Assembly: GCA_037143195.1 (NCBI GenBank)
Contig: JBAWZD010000003.1
Span: 5,333 to 69,332 of the forward strand
Direction: 5' to 3'
Source of the DNA: a bacterium
Lineage (GTDB): Bacteria > Patescibacteriota > Minisyncoccia > Phycocordibacterales > UBA9973
Length of the DNA stretch: 64,000 nt
Shown here: positions 56,240-64,000 of the stretch, piece after piece
How the letters are laid out: each line of letters begins with the position of its first letter
Position numbering within the stretch: position 1 is the stretch's first letter
The notes under the pieces: generated by a model
What the model was told of the DNA's origin: nothing
The model's database searches: none
Seen by the model: the letters and a program-made list of their open reading frames with translations, nothing else
Translations under genes and position numbers: made by a program

Positions 56240-57913
56240 ATGAACTTTTGGAACAATCCCGAAAATAATGCACTAAAAATGTTGCTCGCAGTAGCTGTGA
56301 TTTTGTTCGCAGGTTTTTTTGTCTACAAACATTTTCATACGAACTCACTCGCTGGCAAAGGTCTTGTACTAGGGACAGGAACAACCACTTGGACAAAGCA
56401 GCTCGCATCAGGACCGCATACTATATATGGAATGGCTGGGTCTTCAGATGGAAACAAACTTGTCTTTGTTGAAATGGGCGGATACGCGTATACCTCAATT
56501 GATGCGGGGGTCAGTTGGACCGCGCGTACAAGTTCAACAATCCAAGACTGGAGAAGCGTTGCCTCTTCGGCCGACGGTACAAAACTCATTGCCGCAGCAC
56601 ATGGTGCATACTTGTATACTTCGGCAGACAGCGGTGCTACATGGGTCGCTCAAACAGGGAGCGGATTGCGTGATTGGAGCTCTGTTGCCTCTTCGGCTGA
56701 CGGAACAAAATTAGTTGCAACTGATGTGCGAACTGGTGGGTATATATATACTTCAACCGATAGTGGAGTTCATTGGACTCAACGTATCTCAGTGCCCGGC
56801 TCCAATTGGTGGAGCGTTACTTCATCAGCAGATGGCCTGCGACTTGCAGCGGTCGACAATAGGCCAACTGGTGTGGTTCATATGTCCACCGATGGAGGTG
56901 TTTCATGGACAGATCATGCAATCCCAGGAGCAACATTGATTTCATATAAAGCAATAACGTATACAAGTGATGGAGTGAAGATCGCCGTGGGGGATATCAG
57001 TAACAAACTTTACACTTCCGTATATCCGTTTACTACATGGACAGAGAGAGATCCACTCGGGGCACCATGGGCTGCACTCGCGTATTCTGGCGACGGGTCA
57101 AAGCTTCTCGCTGCGACATCTGACGGCAAACTTTTTCTTTCTACCAATGATGGTGCTGATTGGACCGAAGAAGCTTCTGCTGGAATACACACATGGATGG
57201 CAGGTAGCCTCACCGCATCGTTTAACGGATCAAATCTTGCAGCCGCAGCGGACTATGTCTGGACCAACACGAGCGGTACCATTGATGGCACTAGCCCTGT
57301 TGTCACAACGCTTCCTGCAACGGGAATTACCGTACTCGGTGGAGTTGTTTTGAATGGTCGTTTGAACCTCATGGGAAGTGCTCCGACGGTAACTGTCGGT
57401 TTCAATTACGGAACAACGACCGCATATGGAACGACAACCACAGTTCCAGCACCTCGAACAACTGTCGGTGTATTTACGAATCCATACACGATCACGGGTC
57501 TTCTGTGTGGAACGACGTACCATGTGCAAGCTTTTGCAGTAAGTTCAGCGGGTACTTCATATGGAGCCGATGTCCCATTTACCACGGTTGCGTGTGCTGT
57601 TCACACTGTAGTTGCTCCAACTGTCGTGACAAATCCAGCAAGTTCAATTTCTCGAACGGGAGCAACATTGAATGGTAATCTCACTTCACTTGGGGGAGCA
57701 ACGACAACGACTGTCGGATTCCAACTTGGTACAACTACAACGTACGGTACGACAATGACCGTGACAGCTCCACGAACGAGTGCCGGTACATTCACGAATC
57801 CAACAACTATCAGCACACTCATCCCAAATACGCTCTATCACTATCGTGCGTTTGCGACCAATTCGGCCGGCACAGTATATGGTGCTGACGTTACATTTAC
57901 GACACTGCGATAA
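56240..57913 (+). CDS. membrane-anchored surface protein: BNR/WD40-like propeller plus two FN3-like modules
   Basis: N-terminal TM; repeats of W.SVASSADGTKL.A...YTS.DSG.TW; C-terminal modules paralogous to the 20845-21633 gene. Confidence 0.85.
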   Translation: MNFWNNPENNALKMLLAVAVILFAGFFVYKHFHTNSLAGKGLVLGTGTTTWTKQLASGPHTIYGMAGSSDGNKLVFVEMGGYAYTSIDAGVSWTARTSSTIQDWRSVASSADGTKLIAAAHGAYLYTSADSGATWVAQTGSGLRDWSSVASSADGTKLVATDVRTGGYIYTSTDSGVHWTQRISVPGSNWWSVTSSADGLRLAAVDNRPTGVVHMSTDGGVSWTDHAIPGATLISYKAITYTSDGVKIAVGDISNKLYTSVYPFTTWTERDPLGAPWAALAYSGDGSKLLAATSDGKLFLSTNDGADWTEEASAGIHTWMAGSLTASFNGSNLAAAADYVWTNTSGTIDGTSPVVTTLPATGITVLGGVVLNGRLNLMGSAPTVTVGFNYGTTTAYGTTTTVPAPRTTVGVFTNPYTITGLLCGTTYHVQAFAVSSAGTSYGADVPFTTVACAVHTVVAPTVVTNPASSISRTGATLNGNLTSLGGATTTTVGFQLGTTTTYGTTMTVTAPRTSAGTFTNPTTISTLIPNTLYHYRAFATNSAGTVYGADVTFTTLR

Positions 57914-57934
57914 TCATACTGATATAATCCGAAC

Positions 57935-59746
57935 ATGACACGTCTACAAAAATTATTGAGCGTTCTCGCTGTGCTTAGTATTCTCGCCGTCAGTTTGTAT
58001 GTATCAGCAAAGCACCGAGTAACCCAATCGGTAGACACTTCAAATCAGTCCGCGGTTACAACCACAACAACACCGACAACTCCTGAGGTAAATCCAAACG
58101 ATATCAAAATCGATGCGGGTACGAATTACGGTCTCTTAGATCCAAAGATGGCGGTATATCCAGATTCTGTTCAGTATCGAGACCTCGCCGATATTACAAC
58201 AGGAGAATACGCAGGGTACCATCATGTCATGGCTTTCTTTATCGAAGGCCCAGGTGGTCCGACAATATATTCTTTCATCTCAAAAGATTACAAAACGTTT
58301 CTGCTTGATAGTACTGAGACGGTAGATTTTGGTGAAGGATCAATCATCGACACCCAAAAAGTTACTGGTACGGCAGTCATTCCGTCGCTTTTCCCTGAAA
58401 CAATCGTTCGAGGGAATTTCGTCTACGTTCGCAGCAGTCCATTTGAAGATGTTCCGAAGATGAATGAGTTACACCAGATCACGTCGCTCATTCCGGGCCT
58501 TACCATGTACAATCAAGATTCGCCGTTTAATACTCGTCCTCCGTACGAAGGTGATGGAACACCTCTTGATGTGCAAGCAGGTAGAAAAATGACCATGCAA
58601 GCGAACATTGTAGTGAATGATGGTACCAATCTTTTTTATCTCTACACTTTCAAAACAAAAGAAATGTATGATCGCCAGCAAAAATACCAAGCAACAAATA
58701 AGTATGGCGAGGATTATGCTGACTTATATACCGCGAACGATCTTGCAATGAGTGGAGCACACTATTCTACATATGGAGGTACTTTCCCCGGTGCATGTGG
58801 AGCAACGGGGAACACTTACGCACTTTCGGGTGTGGCAGATTCTGACTTCGTGCAAATCGGAACGACAAAAGCTGGCGTTGCGCTCTATGTACCAAAAGAT
58901 GCGAACAGTCTTTTAAACAAAGCGGAATACTATCAGAAAGTCGATGCGTTTAATCAGGGTGATCCTAGTTATAGAAAATATTATCTTGATGAAAACAAAT
59001 TAAGCGCATTTCCGACATACGAAGAATATGTTGCCAAAAATCCACTGCTTGCATTCAAGGACGCATTTGGACGCTGGATTGGGGTGGGTGAGTTTGAGTA
59101 TCAACTCCCCGGGGGATGTGGGAAGCCCGTGATTTATTTGTACCCACCGAAGCCAACAGCGGTCTCTGTGTCATTTCTAACTCACGTGAAAATTGATCGC
59201 GCGATTCCTTCATACACAAACAAATGGAATGTTGAAGCGTATCCCGACGGCACCTTGCGTGACCTACAACCAAACGCGACGAATTGTGCGACGATCGATT
59301 ACTCACTTCCGGGAGGTGACTACGCGAAAGAGGCATGTCCGAAAGCGACGTATCCCTATTTGTATTGGTCAGGGAATACGCAGAATGTGTATCCACAGCC
59401 GACGACTGGGTGGGTCGTCTCAAAGGATGAGCTCGCACAGCTCCTTGCTTCGAAGCTCACCGATATGGGCCTGAGTGAAAAGGAGAAAGATGACATGACA
59501 AGCTACTGGGTTCCAGAAATGCTTGCGAAAAATGCACCGTACTATCGTGTGTCATTCATTCAAACAAAAGACATGAATGCGTTTATCCCAATGCAGGTTA
59601 CCCCAACTCCAGATACCGTCTTCCGTATTTTCCTCGATTGGCAACCACTTTCAAAAAAACCAACAACTTCGCTTGCTCCTGAAAAAATTGACCGTCTCGA
59701 TCGTAGTGGCTTTACACTTGTTGAGTGGGGAGGGCTCCGTCAGTAG
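57935..59746 (+). CDS. exported protein with a C-terminal KPVIYLYP domain
   Basis: N-terminal TM; GCGKPVIYLYP, YPYLYW, R.GFTLVEWGG. Confidence 0.8.
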   Translation: MTRLQKLLSVLAVLSILAVSLYVSAKHRVTQSVDTSNQSAVTTTTTPTTPEVNPNDIKIDAGTNYGLLDPKMAVYPDSVQYRDLADITTGEYAGYHHVMAFFIEGPGGPTIYSFISKDYKTFLLDSTETVDFGEGSIIDTQKVTGTAVIPSLFPETIVRGNFVYVRSSPFEDVPKMNELHQITSLIPGLTMYNQDSPFNTRPPYEGDGTPLDVQAGRKMTMQANIVVNDGTNLFYLYTFKTKEMYDRQQKYQATNKYGEDYADLYTANDLAMSGAHYSTYGGTFPGACGATGNTYALSGVADSDFVQIGTTKAGVALYVPKDANSLLNKAEYYQKVDAFNQGDPSYRKYYLDENKLSAFPTYEEYVAKNPLLAFKDAFGRWIGVGEFEYQLPGGCGKPVIYLYPPKPTAVSVSFLTHVKIDRAIPSYTNKWNVEAYPDGTLRDLQPNATNCATIDYSLPGGDYAKEACPKATYPYLYWSGNTQNVYPQPTTGWVVSKDELAQLLASKLTDMGLSEKEKDDMTSYWVPEMLAKNAPYYRVSFIQTKDMNAFIPMQVTPTPDTVFRIFLDWQPLSKKPTTSLAPEKIDRLDRSGFTLVEWGGLRQ

Positions 59747-59792
59747 TCAAAGCTCAGTGAATAATTTTCTGTTGTTGTAATAATGACATAAA

Positions 59793-59824
59793 AAAGCCCC
59801 CCGCAAAAAAATGCGGGGGGCTTT
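59793..59824. terminator. bidirectional terminator
   Basis: AAAGCCCCCCGCA/TGCGGGGGGCTTT between convergent genes. Confidence 0.8.
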
Positions 59825-59860
59825 GGAATTGTTCACACAATTTTTTTGCCGCTGTGAAGC

Positions 59861-60370
59861 TCAAGCTTCACAGAAATACAAGATGCAGTCGTCTACATCG
59901 AGTTCAACCTCGGTCTTACCGAGGCCGAACTCGAATTTCCCATCCGAGAGATGTCTCGCGTAGGGGTAATTAATTTTACCCTCGCCGTCTATCCATAGGT
60001 TTTTAACTTCGTCCAAGAACAAAACGTATCCTAGGGGGAAAAGCCCGGCCCCTTTTTCAAAAGTGAGGGCGAGCCCGTGTGTTCCGAAGAACAATGCGGG
60101 CTCATTTTCCTGCAAAAGATTGATGCATGTCTCAAAAGGAACTTGCTGAAGAAGTGGGCGCATCCTAGCCGTGTACGTTTTTCCTAGCCGGGGTCTGTTC
60201 TCTGTGGTGTTCCAATTCTTACTGCATATATTTTTGTTAAAATGGTATGCTGTAGTTGGAACATTCGCAGTCTTAGTAAATTCATCGATGGCTGTTGTCG
60301 GGTTATATCCCTCCGCAACTGCCACAGTGAATTCCACAATAATCGGTCCGAATACTTTATCAAAGTCCAT
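59861..60370 (-). CDS. hypothetical protein
   Basis: 169-aa ORF with upstream TTGACA on the minus strand (about 60478). Confidence 0.65.
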   Translation of the reverse strand: MDFDKVFGPIIVEFTVAVAEGYNPTTAIDEFTKTANVPTTAYHFNKNICSKNWNTTENRPRLGKTYTARMRPLLQQVPFETCINLLQENEPALFFGTHGLALTFEKGAGLFPLGYVLFLDEVKNLWIDGEGKINYPYARHLSDGKFEFGLGKTEVELDVDDCILYFCEA

Positions 60371-60554
60371 TCGTTTTTAAGTTTTTAATGCCTACTCTAG
60401 ATTCCGTTTTTGGCGTTCCCGGAAATGGCTTGTGTGCACATTAAATATATTATACTATGAAATTAGTATAATTGTCAATACCTCTGTATTTCTCAAGATA
60501 TTTGCAACATGGATTACAAGCGCGAGAATATGGTACCATTTTGAGGTACGGTAT

Positions 60555-60698
60555 ATGACAGCAAAGACTCCGAAACAAACAACCGAAGATGAACTGAAAA
60601 AAATTCTTGCTGATTACAAGAAGGAACTGAATGCTCTCAAAAGTAAACAGGATGCTTTGTTTGTGGAAGACCAGCTCTTAGATGATTTGAAGAAATAA
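60555..60698 (+). CDS. 47-aa coiled-coil peptide
   Basis: MTAKTPKQTTEDELKKILADYKKELNALKSKQ...; TACCAT -10-like box upstream. Confidence 0.5.
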   Translation: MTAKTPKQTTEDELKKILADYKKELNALKSKQDALFVEDQLLDDLKK

Positions 60699-60732
60699 TA
60701 CGATGCCTCATAACGAAGATATTCATGACACA

Positions 60733-63700
60733 ATGAATTTAAACGAACAAAACTCTTCTCCTGAGAATACTTCTTCGTCGTCAAGTGCACCTGAGTCAAA
60801 CACTCCTGTATCAGTTGAGGCTGGACTTGAGAGCCTTGAGTCGATGATGCAAGAAATCGAAATACTTGAAAATTCGATTGAGGCAAAAGCACAGAAGGGG
60901 ATGATAGAAGCGGGATCACCTCATGCACGAGAGAAACACTCAAAAATTCTTCAAGCCTTGGGAGAGAAAAAAAATGCTTTCCTTAAAAAAATTTCAGACA
61001 AATTTGCTCAAGCGACTGAAAAGATAGTTGCACCATTTCGAGATCGTCGTATTGAAAAAGATGCAGTCCGATTTCGCGAGAAACTCGATGAGAGTGTCGC
61101 GATGAAGAAATATGATGCGTGTCCAGAATTAAATCCTGAATTTGTGCAGCTCAAAGAGACGGCCCGTGCGGAATTCCGTGCGTATGAAGCATCCATCACT
61201 TCGATGTTAAGCACGCTCGAAACGGAAACGTGGGGGAAGTCAAAAAATAAAGAGGCGGCGTTTCGCGCCGCGGATTTATTTCTCAATAGTCTTATGAGTC
61301 GAGCGACTCTCGTTGATGACGAGGAAATGGTATTTCGAGCGCTTTCAATTCATGAAAAAATGTCTGCGACGAAGCAGGTCAAAACTGATTCTCATGTGGA
61401 CCAATCTTTGTATTCGATGGTAGTTTATTTGCGTAAAAAACATGTACAGATTGAGGAGGGGTCTCTCGCGGAGGTTTATCGTAACAATCCGTATCTTATT
61501 CTCACGGATATCCGCCGACATTCGTCGTTCGATAGAGAGATGACGCCCCTGATCACGAAGTGCGTCGATCGCATTATCGAGGATCATCCAAACGGCGCAC
61601 GATTACCGAGTATTGCCACGCAACAATTTGAAGCTGCGTTGAAGTTACAACCAGAAAAATATGCGCTTGATACACAAAAGCGCACGATGATTTTTGAGAC
61701 CATCAAGCAAAGCGAATCTTCTAGTCATTTCATGAATAAGCTTGCAGATAAGCGGCATTTCTTTGGAAGAGAATTAGCCGGTCTTTCGTCCGAAGAAATT
61801 CATTCATATATTAAGCCAATGTCGTCATGGGATATTCAAAACATTGGGATTACTTCGAATTTGATTTCACTTCCACTCAACGAGTCACATTTTTCAGTTC
61901 TCTATTCGAAATTAAACGATCGTCAGATCTCGGGTAAACAAAAGCCCTATTCCAAAGAGGCATTTCTTTCTCTGTTGGTAGATGTTCCATCTGGCGATAA
62001 TAAAGAGTATTCAATCCCACTTTTTAACCATGAATATTTTGATTTAGATCCGGCTACGCGCCTTGATTATTTTAAAAAGCGAGTAGCCCAAGGTAGCCCG
62101 TATTTTTCATTATTGCACAGTACTTTTTCGCATTTTCAAACTTTGTTTGCTGGTATTAAAGAGGAAGACTATCGTGAAGAAGTCAATAATTTAATCACGC
62201 TTGCGATACGATCGAATATCGCGGATATACGAGCTCTGTGGACTTTGCTACCAGAATACGATATCCCCGGAGAATACAAACAAAAGGCGATAGAGGCATT
62301 CGCTCATTCTGTGAGTAGAAATGACAGCAACACATTTAAGCAATTATTCGCTGGACAGGGAGGAAGTGAGCTGTCATGGCACCGAGAGTGGCTCAAAGGA
62401 AATAGTGAGATACTTTCTGAGCTTGAGAAGGAATTTTATAAAGAAGGTAGACCAAACGACCTCCGTCACTTTTTCTACGAGGTTCTTAGCGGAAAACGGA
62501 CGAGTGTCGACTTCGATTTACTGGTGAGAGAGTACGCCCAAAAAGATGACGAAATAACGACCGAAGAAATCGTTGACCTCTTCTACGTACAGAAAAAAAT
62601 TCCAGAATCTTACCTGCCGCTTTTTATGCCGAAATTAGATAGTGCGCCTCGGTTTCTCTCACAGATTGACGACCTTGTGCGTCTTGGCGATATCCCAAAA
62701 GAAGAATATTCACGCATTATACTAAGCGGAATCGAATTTGGCGGTGCGTTATTTGCAGATAAGTTACTTGAATACTCGCTTGAGGAGAATCTTATTCCCG
62801 ATGACAAACGTGCAGGTGTTTTTAAAACATTTGCTCAAAGTCTCGCGAAACATGTGGAAGATAATCCACAAAACGCACCGATAAATTTTGTCATCCAGTG
62901 GATGACAAAAAATAATGCATATGAAAAGATTACCGATGAAGAAAAAACGCTTTTGTTTAAAGGCATATTCGACAACCTTGAATCTCGTCATTTGCATTTA
63001 GATATCGTTTCCATGGCTTCGTGTGGGCCTGCCAGCTATGATTTTTTTGATCGAGCCTTTCCTGACTCAGACGAAAAGCGTGCTTTCGTGGAAAAGATTT
63101 TTGAAAGTAACGACCCACGTGTCAATAGGGAATTATTTTTTGACTATTGGTCAAACCAGCTCATCGACCAGAGTGGTACGGGAAGTCAAACCAATCCGAT
63201 ATTTGCGCTTCTTACGAAAGAACGTATCGATAAAGTTTTTGACAAGGGTTTGGAGCTTGGGAATCTCCGTTTGTCTAACGAGTACCTGAATTATTTTGAA
63301 GTACTTTCGGATGATCAGAAGAACCGATTCTTTGAAGCACAGCTCAAGAAAGAAGATCTTTTTTCAAAGGATGATGATACAAGTGAAATTAAACAGTTCT
63401 GCGTTCGAATGGGCAAGAGAATTATGAGTGGCATTTCTCCTGATACTCAGCAGGCTTTGTATTTAAAGTTATTTTCAAGTGAATTCGTTACCCCAGAGGC
63501 GCTCTTTGAAATCGGTTGTTCGGATTTATTCCCAGAGGGGAATACGGCCATTTTTGCTGAATATTTGCGTACGATTGAAGCAAAAGGTGACTCGCCATTT
63601 TGTCTCAAAATACTCAACTACTATACATCTCAAGATACCAACAAACTGTCCGCTGAACAGGTCAAAAATTTGTCTCTAAAAATTTTGAGCGGGGGAGATC

Positions 63701-64000
63701 TCGATGGGTTGATGTACCAAATGTATTTAGACTCGACTCCTACTTCACCTAAGTTTTATCTTGATGCAGAGGTGCTTACAAAGGCCGTGGACAAAATGCT
63801 TGTAAATATTTTCGACAAGAATAGTATTGCCAAACTCCTTCTGTTTCTAAACAAGCAGAGAGCGACTCAAGGTCAAGAAGGTCTTGTTACGTTGTCGTCA
63901 GAACAAGAATCTTCTCTTGTGAAAGCTGCTCTCGGTTCAGTTAACTGTCCGGTGAGTGGATATGAGCAATTGTATGATTTTGATCCAGAGAAATTTGCGG
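60733..64000 (+). CDS. very large hypothetical protein (over 1080 aa), truncated by the window end, not in the ORF track
   Basis: ATG at 60733 (MNLNEQNSSPENTSSSSS...); the same frame reads open where I checked it, including the last line. Confidence 0.8.
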   Translation, partial: MNLNEQNSSPENTSSSSSAPESNTPVSVEAGLESLESMMQEIEILENSIEAKAQKGMIEAGSPHAREKHSKILQALGEKKNAFLKKISDKFAQATEKIVAPFRDRRIEKDAVRFREKLDESVAMKKYDACPELNPEFVQLKETARAEFRAYEASITSMLSTLETETWGKSKNKEAAFRAADLFLNSLMSRATLVDDEEMVFRALSIHEKMSATKQVKTDSHVDQSLYSMVVYLRKKHVQIEEGSLAEVYRNNPYLILTDIRRHSSFDREMTPLITKCVDRIIEDHPNGARLPSIATQQFEAALKLQPEKYALDTQKRTMIFETIKQSESSSHFMNKLADKRHFFGRELAGLSSEEIHSYIKPMSSWDIQNIGITSNLISLPLNESHFSVLYSKLNDRQISGKQKPYSKEAFLSLLVDVPSGDNKEYSIPLFNHEYFDLDPATRLDYFKKRVAQGSPYFSLLHSTFSHFQTLFAGIKEEDYREEVNNLITLAIRSNIADIRALWTLLPEYDIPGEYKQKAIEAFAHSVSRNDSNTFKQLFAGQGGSELSWHREWLKGNSEILSELEKEFYKEGRPNDLRHFFYEVLSGKRTSVDFDLLVREYAQKDDEITTEEIVDLFYVQKKIPESYLPLFMPKLDSAPRFLSQIDDLVRLGDIPKEEYSRIILSGIEFGGALFADKLLEYSLEENLIPDDKRAGVFKTFAQSLAKHVEDNPQNAPINFVIQWMTKNNAYEKITDEEKTLLFKGIFDNLESRHLHLDIVSMASCGPASYDFFDRAFPDSDEKRAFVEKIFESNDPRVNRELFFDYWSNQLIDQSGTGSQTNPIFALLTKERIDKVFDKGLELGNLRLSNEYLNYFEVLSDDQKNRFFEAQLKKEDLFSKDDDTSEIKQFCVRMGKRIMSGISPDTQQALYLKLFSSEFVTPEALFEIGCSDLFPEGNTAIFAEYLRTIEAKGDSPFCLKILNYYTSQDTNKLSAEQVKNLSLKILSGGDLDGLMYQMYLDSTPTSPKFYLDAEVLTKAVDKMLVNIFDKNSIAKLLLFLNKQRATQGQEGLVTLSSEQESSLVKAALGSVNCPVSGYEQLYDFDPEKFA

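Noticed and set aside
56540-56830. Repeated GTTGCCTCTTCGGC.GACGG units
   Set aside because: Coding repeats of the BNR-like propeller, not a separate element.
1-64000. Alternative genetic code (TGA as Gly, as in Gracilibacteria/Absconditabacteria)
   Set aside because: Conserved genes are full-length under code 11, and TGA terminates genes at sensible positions (e.g. 9521, pilM 29942).

Overview
This 64-kb chromosomal segment is most consistent with a Patescibacteria/CPR (Parcubacteria-like) genome using the standard genetic code. The assignment is inferred from gene content: a pilMNOP-like block, TrmB, CPR-type Cys-rich proteins, an HTH+LAGLIDADG-like protein beside tRNAs, and tRNA-Arg(GCG). 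The window mixes housekeeping genes (mutM, ruvA, rpsT, pyrE/pyrD, comF, fumC, ruvX, rplS, msrB/msrA), six tRNAs, a two-component system, a Phd/MazF toxin-antitoxin pair, a MarR-regulated MFS efflux operon and many orphan or secreted proteins. The main finding is a ~6.6-kb AT-rich element (about 48469-55059) integrated at the 3' end of tRNA-His. Its large serine recombinase gene spans its own attachment site. In the integrated state its last 8 residues are read from the antisense strand of the tRNA, and joining the inferred ends gives an in-frame 34-aa alternative C-terminus. The element also carries an unannotated excisionase-like gene, a highly structured four-stem RNA with terminator/antiterminator geometry, a small-terminase-like gene and a KAP NTPase plus membrane protein, so it is a candidate CPR phage satellite. 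Other notable signals are a ~210-bp structured element duplicating the tRNA-Leu 3' end, anti-T-arm sequences behind three tRNAs, pervasive leaderless-type promoters, candidate structured RNAs, and an OspF/LanL-lyase-like orphan. All assignments come from reading motifs by eye; no database searches were run.
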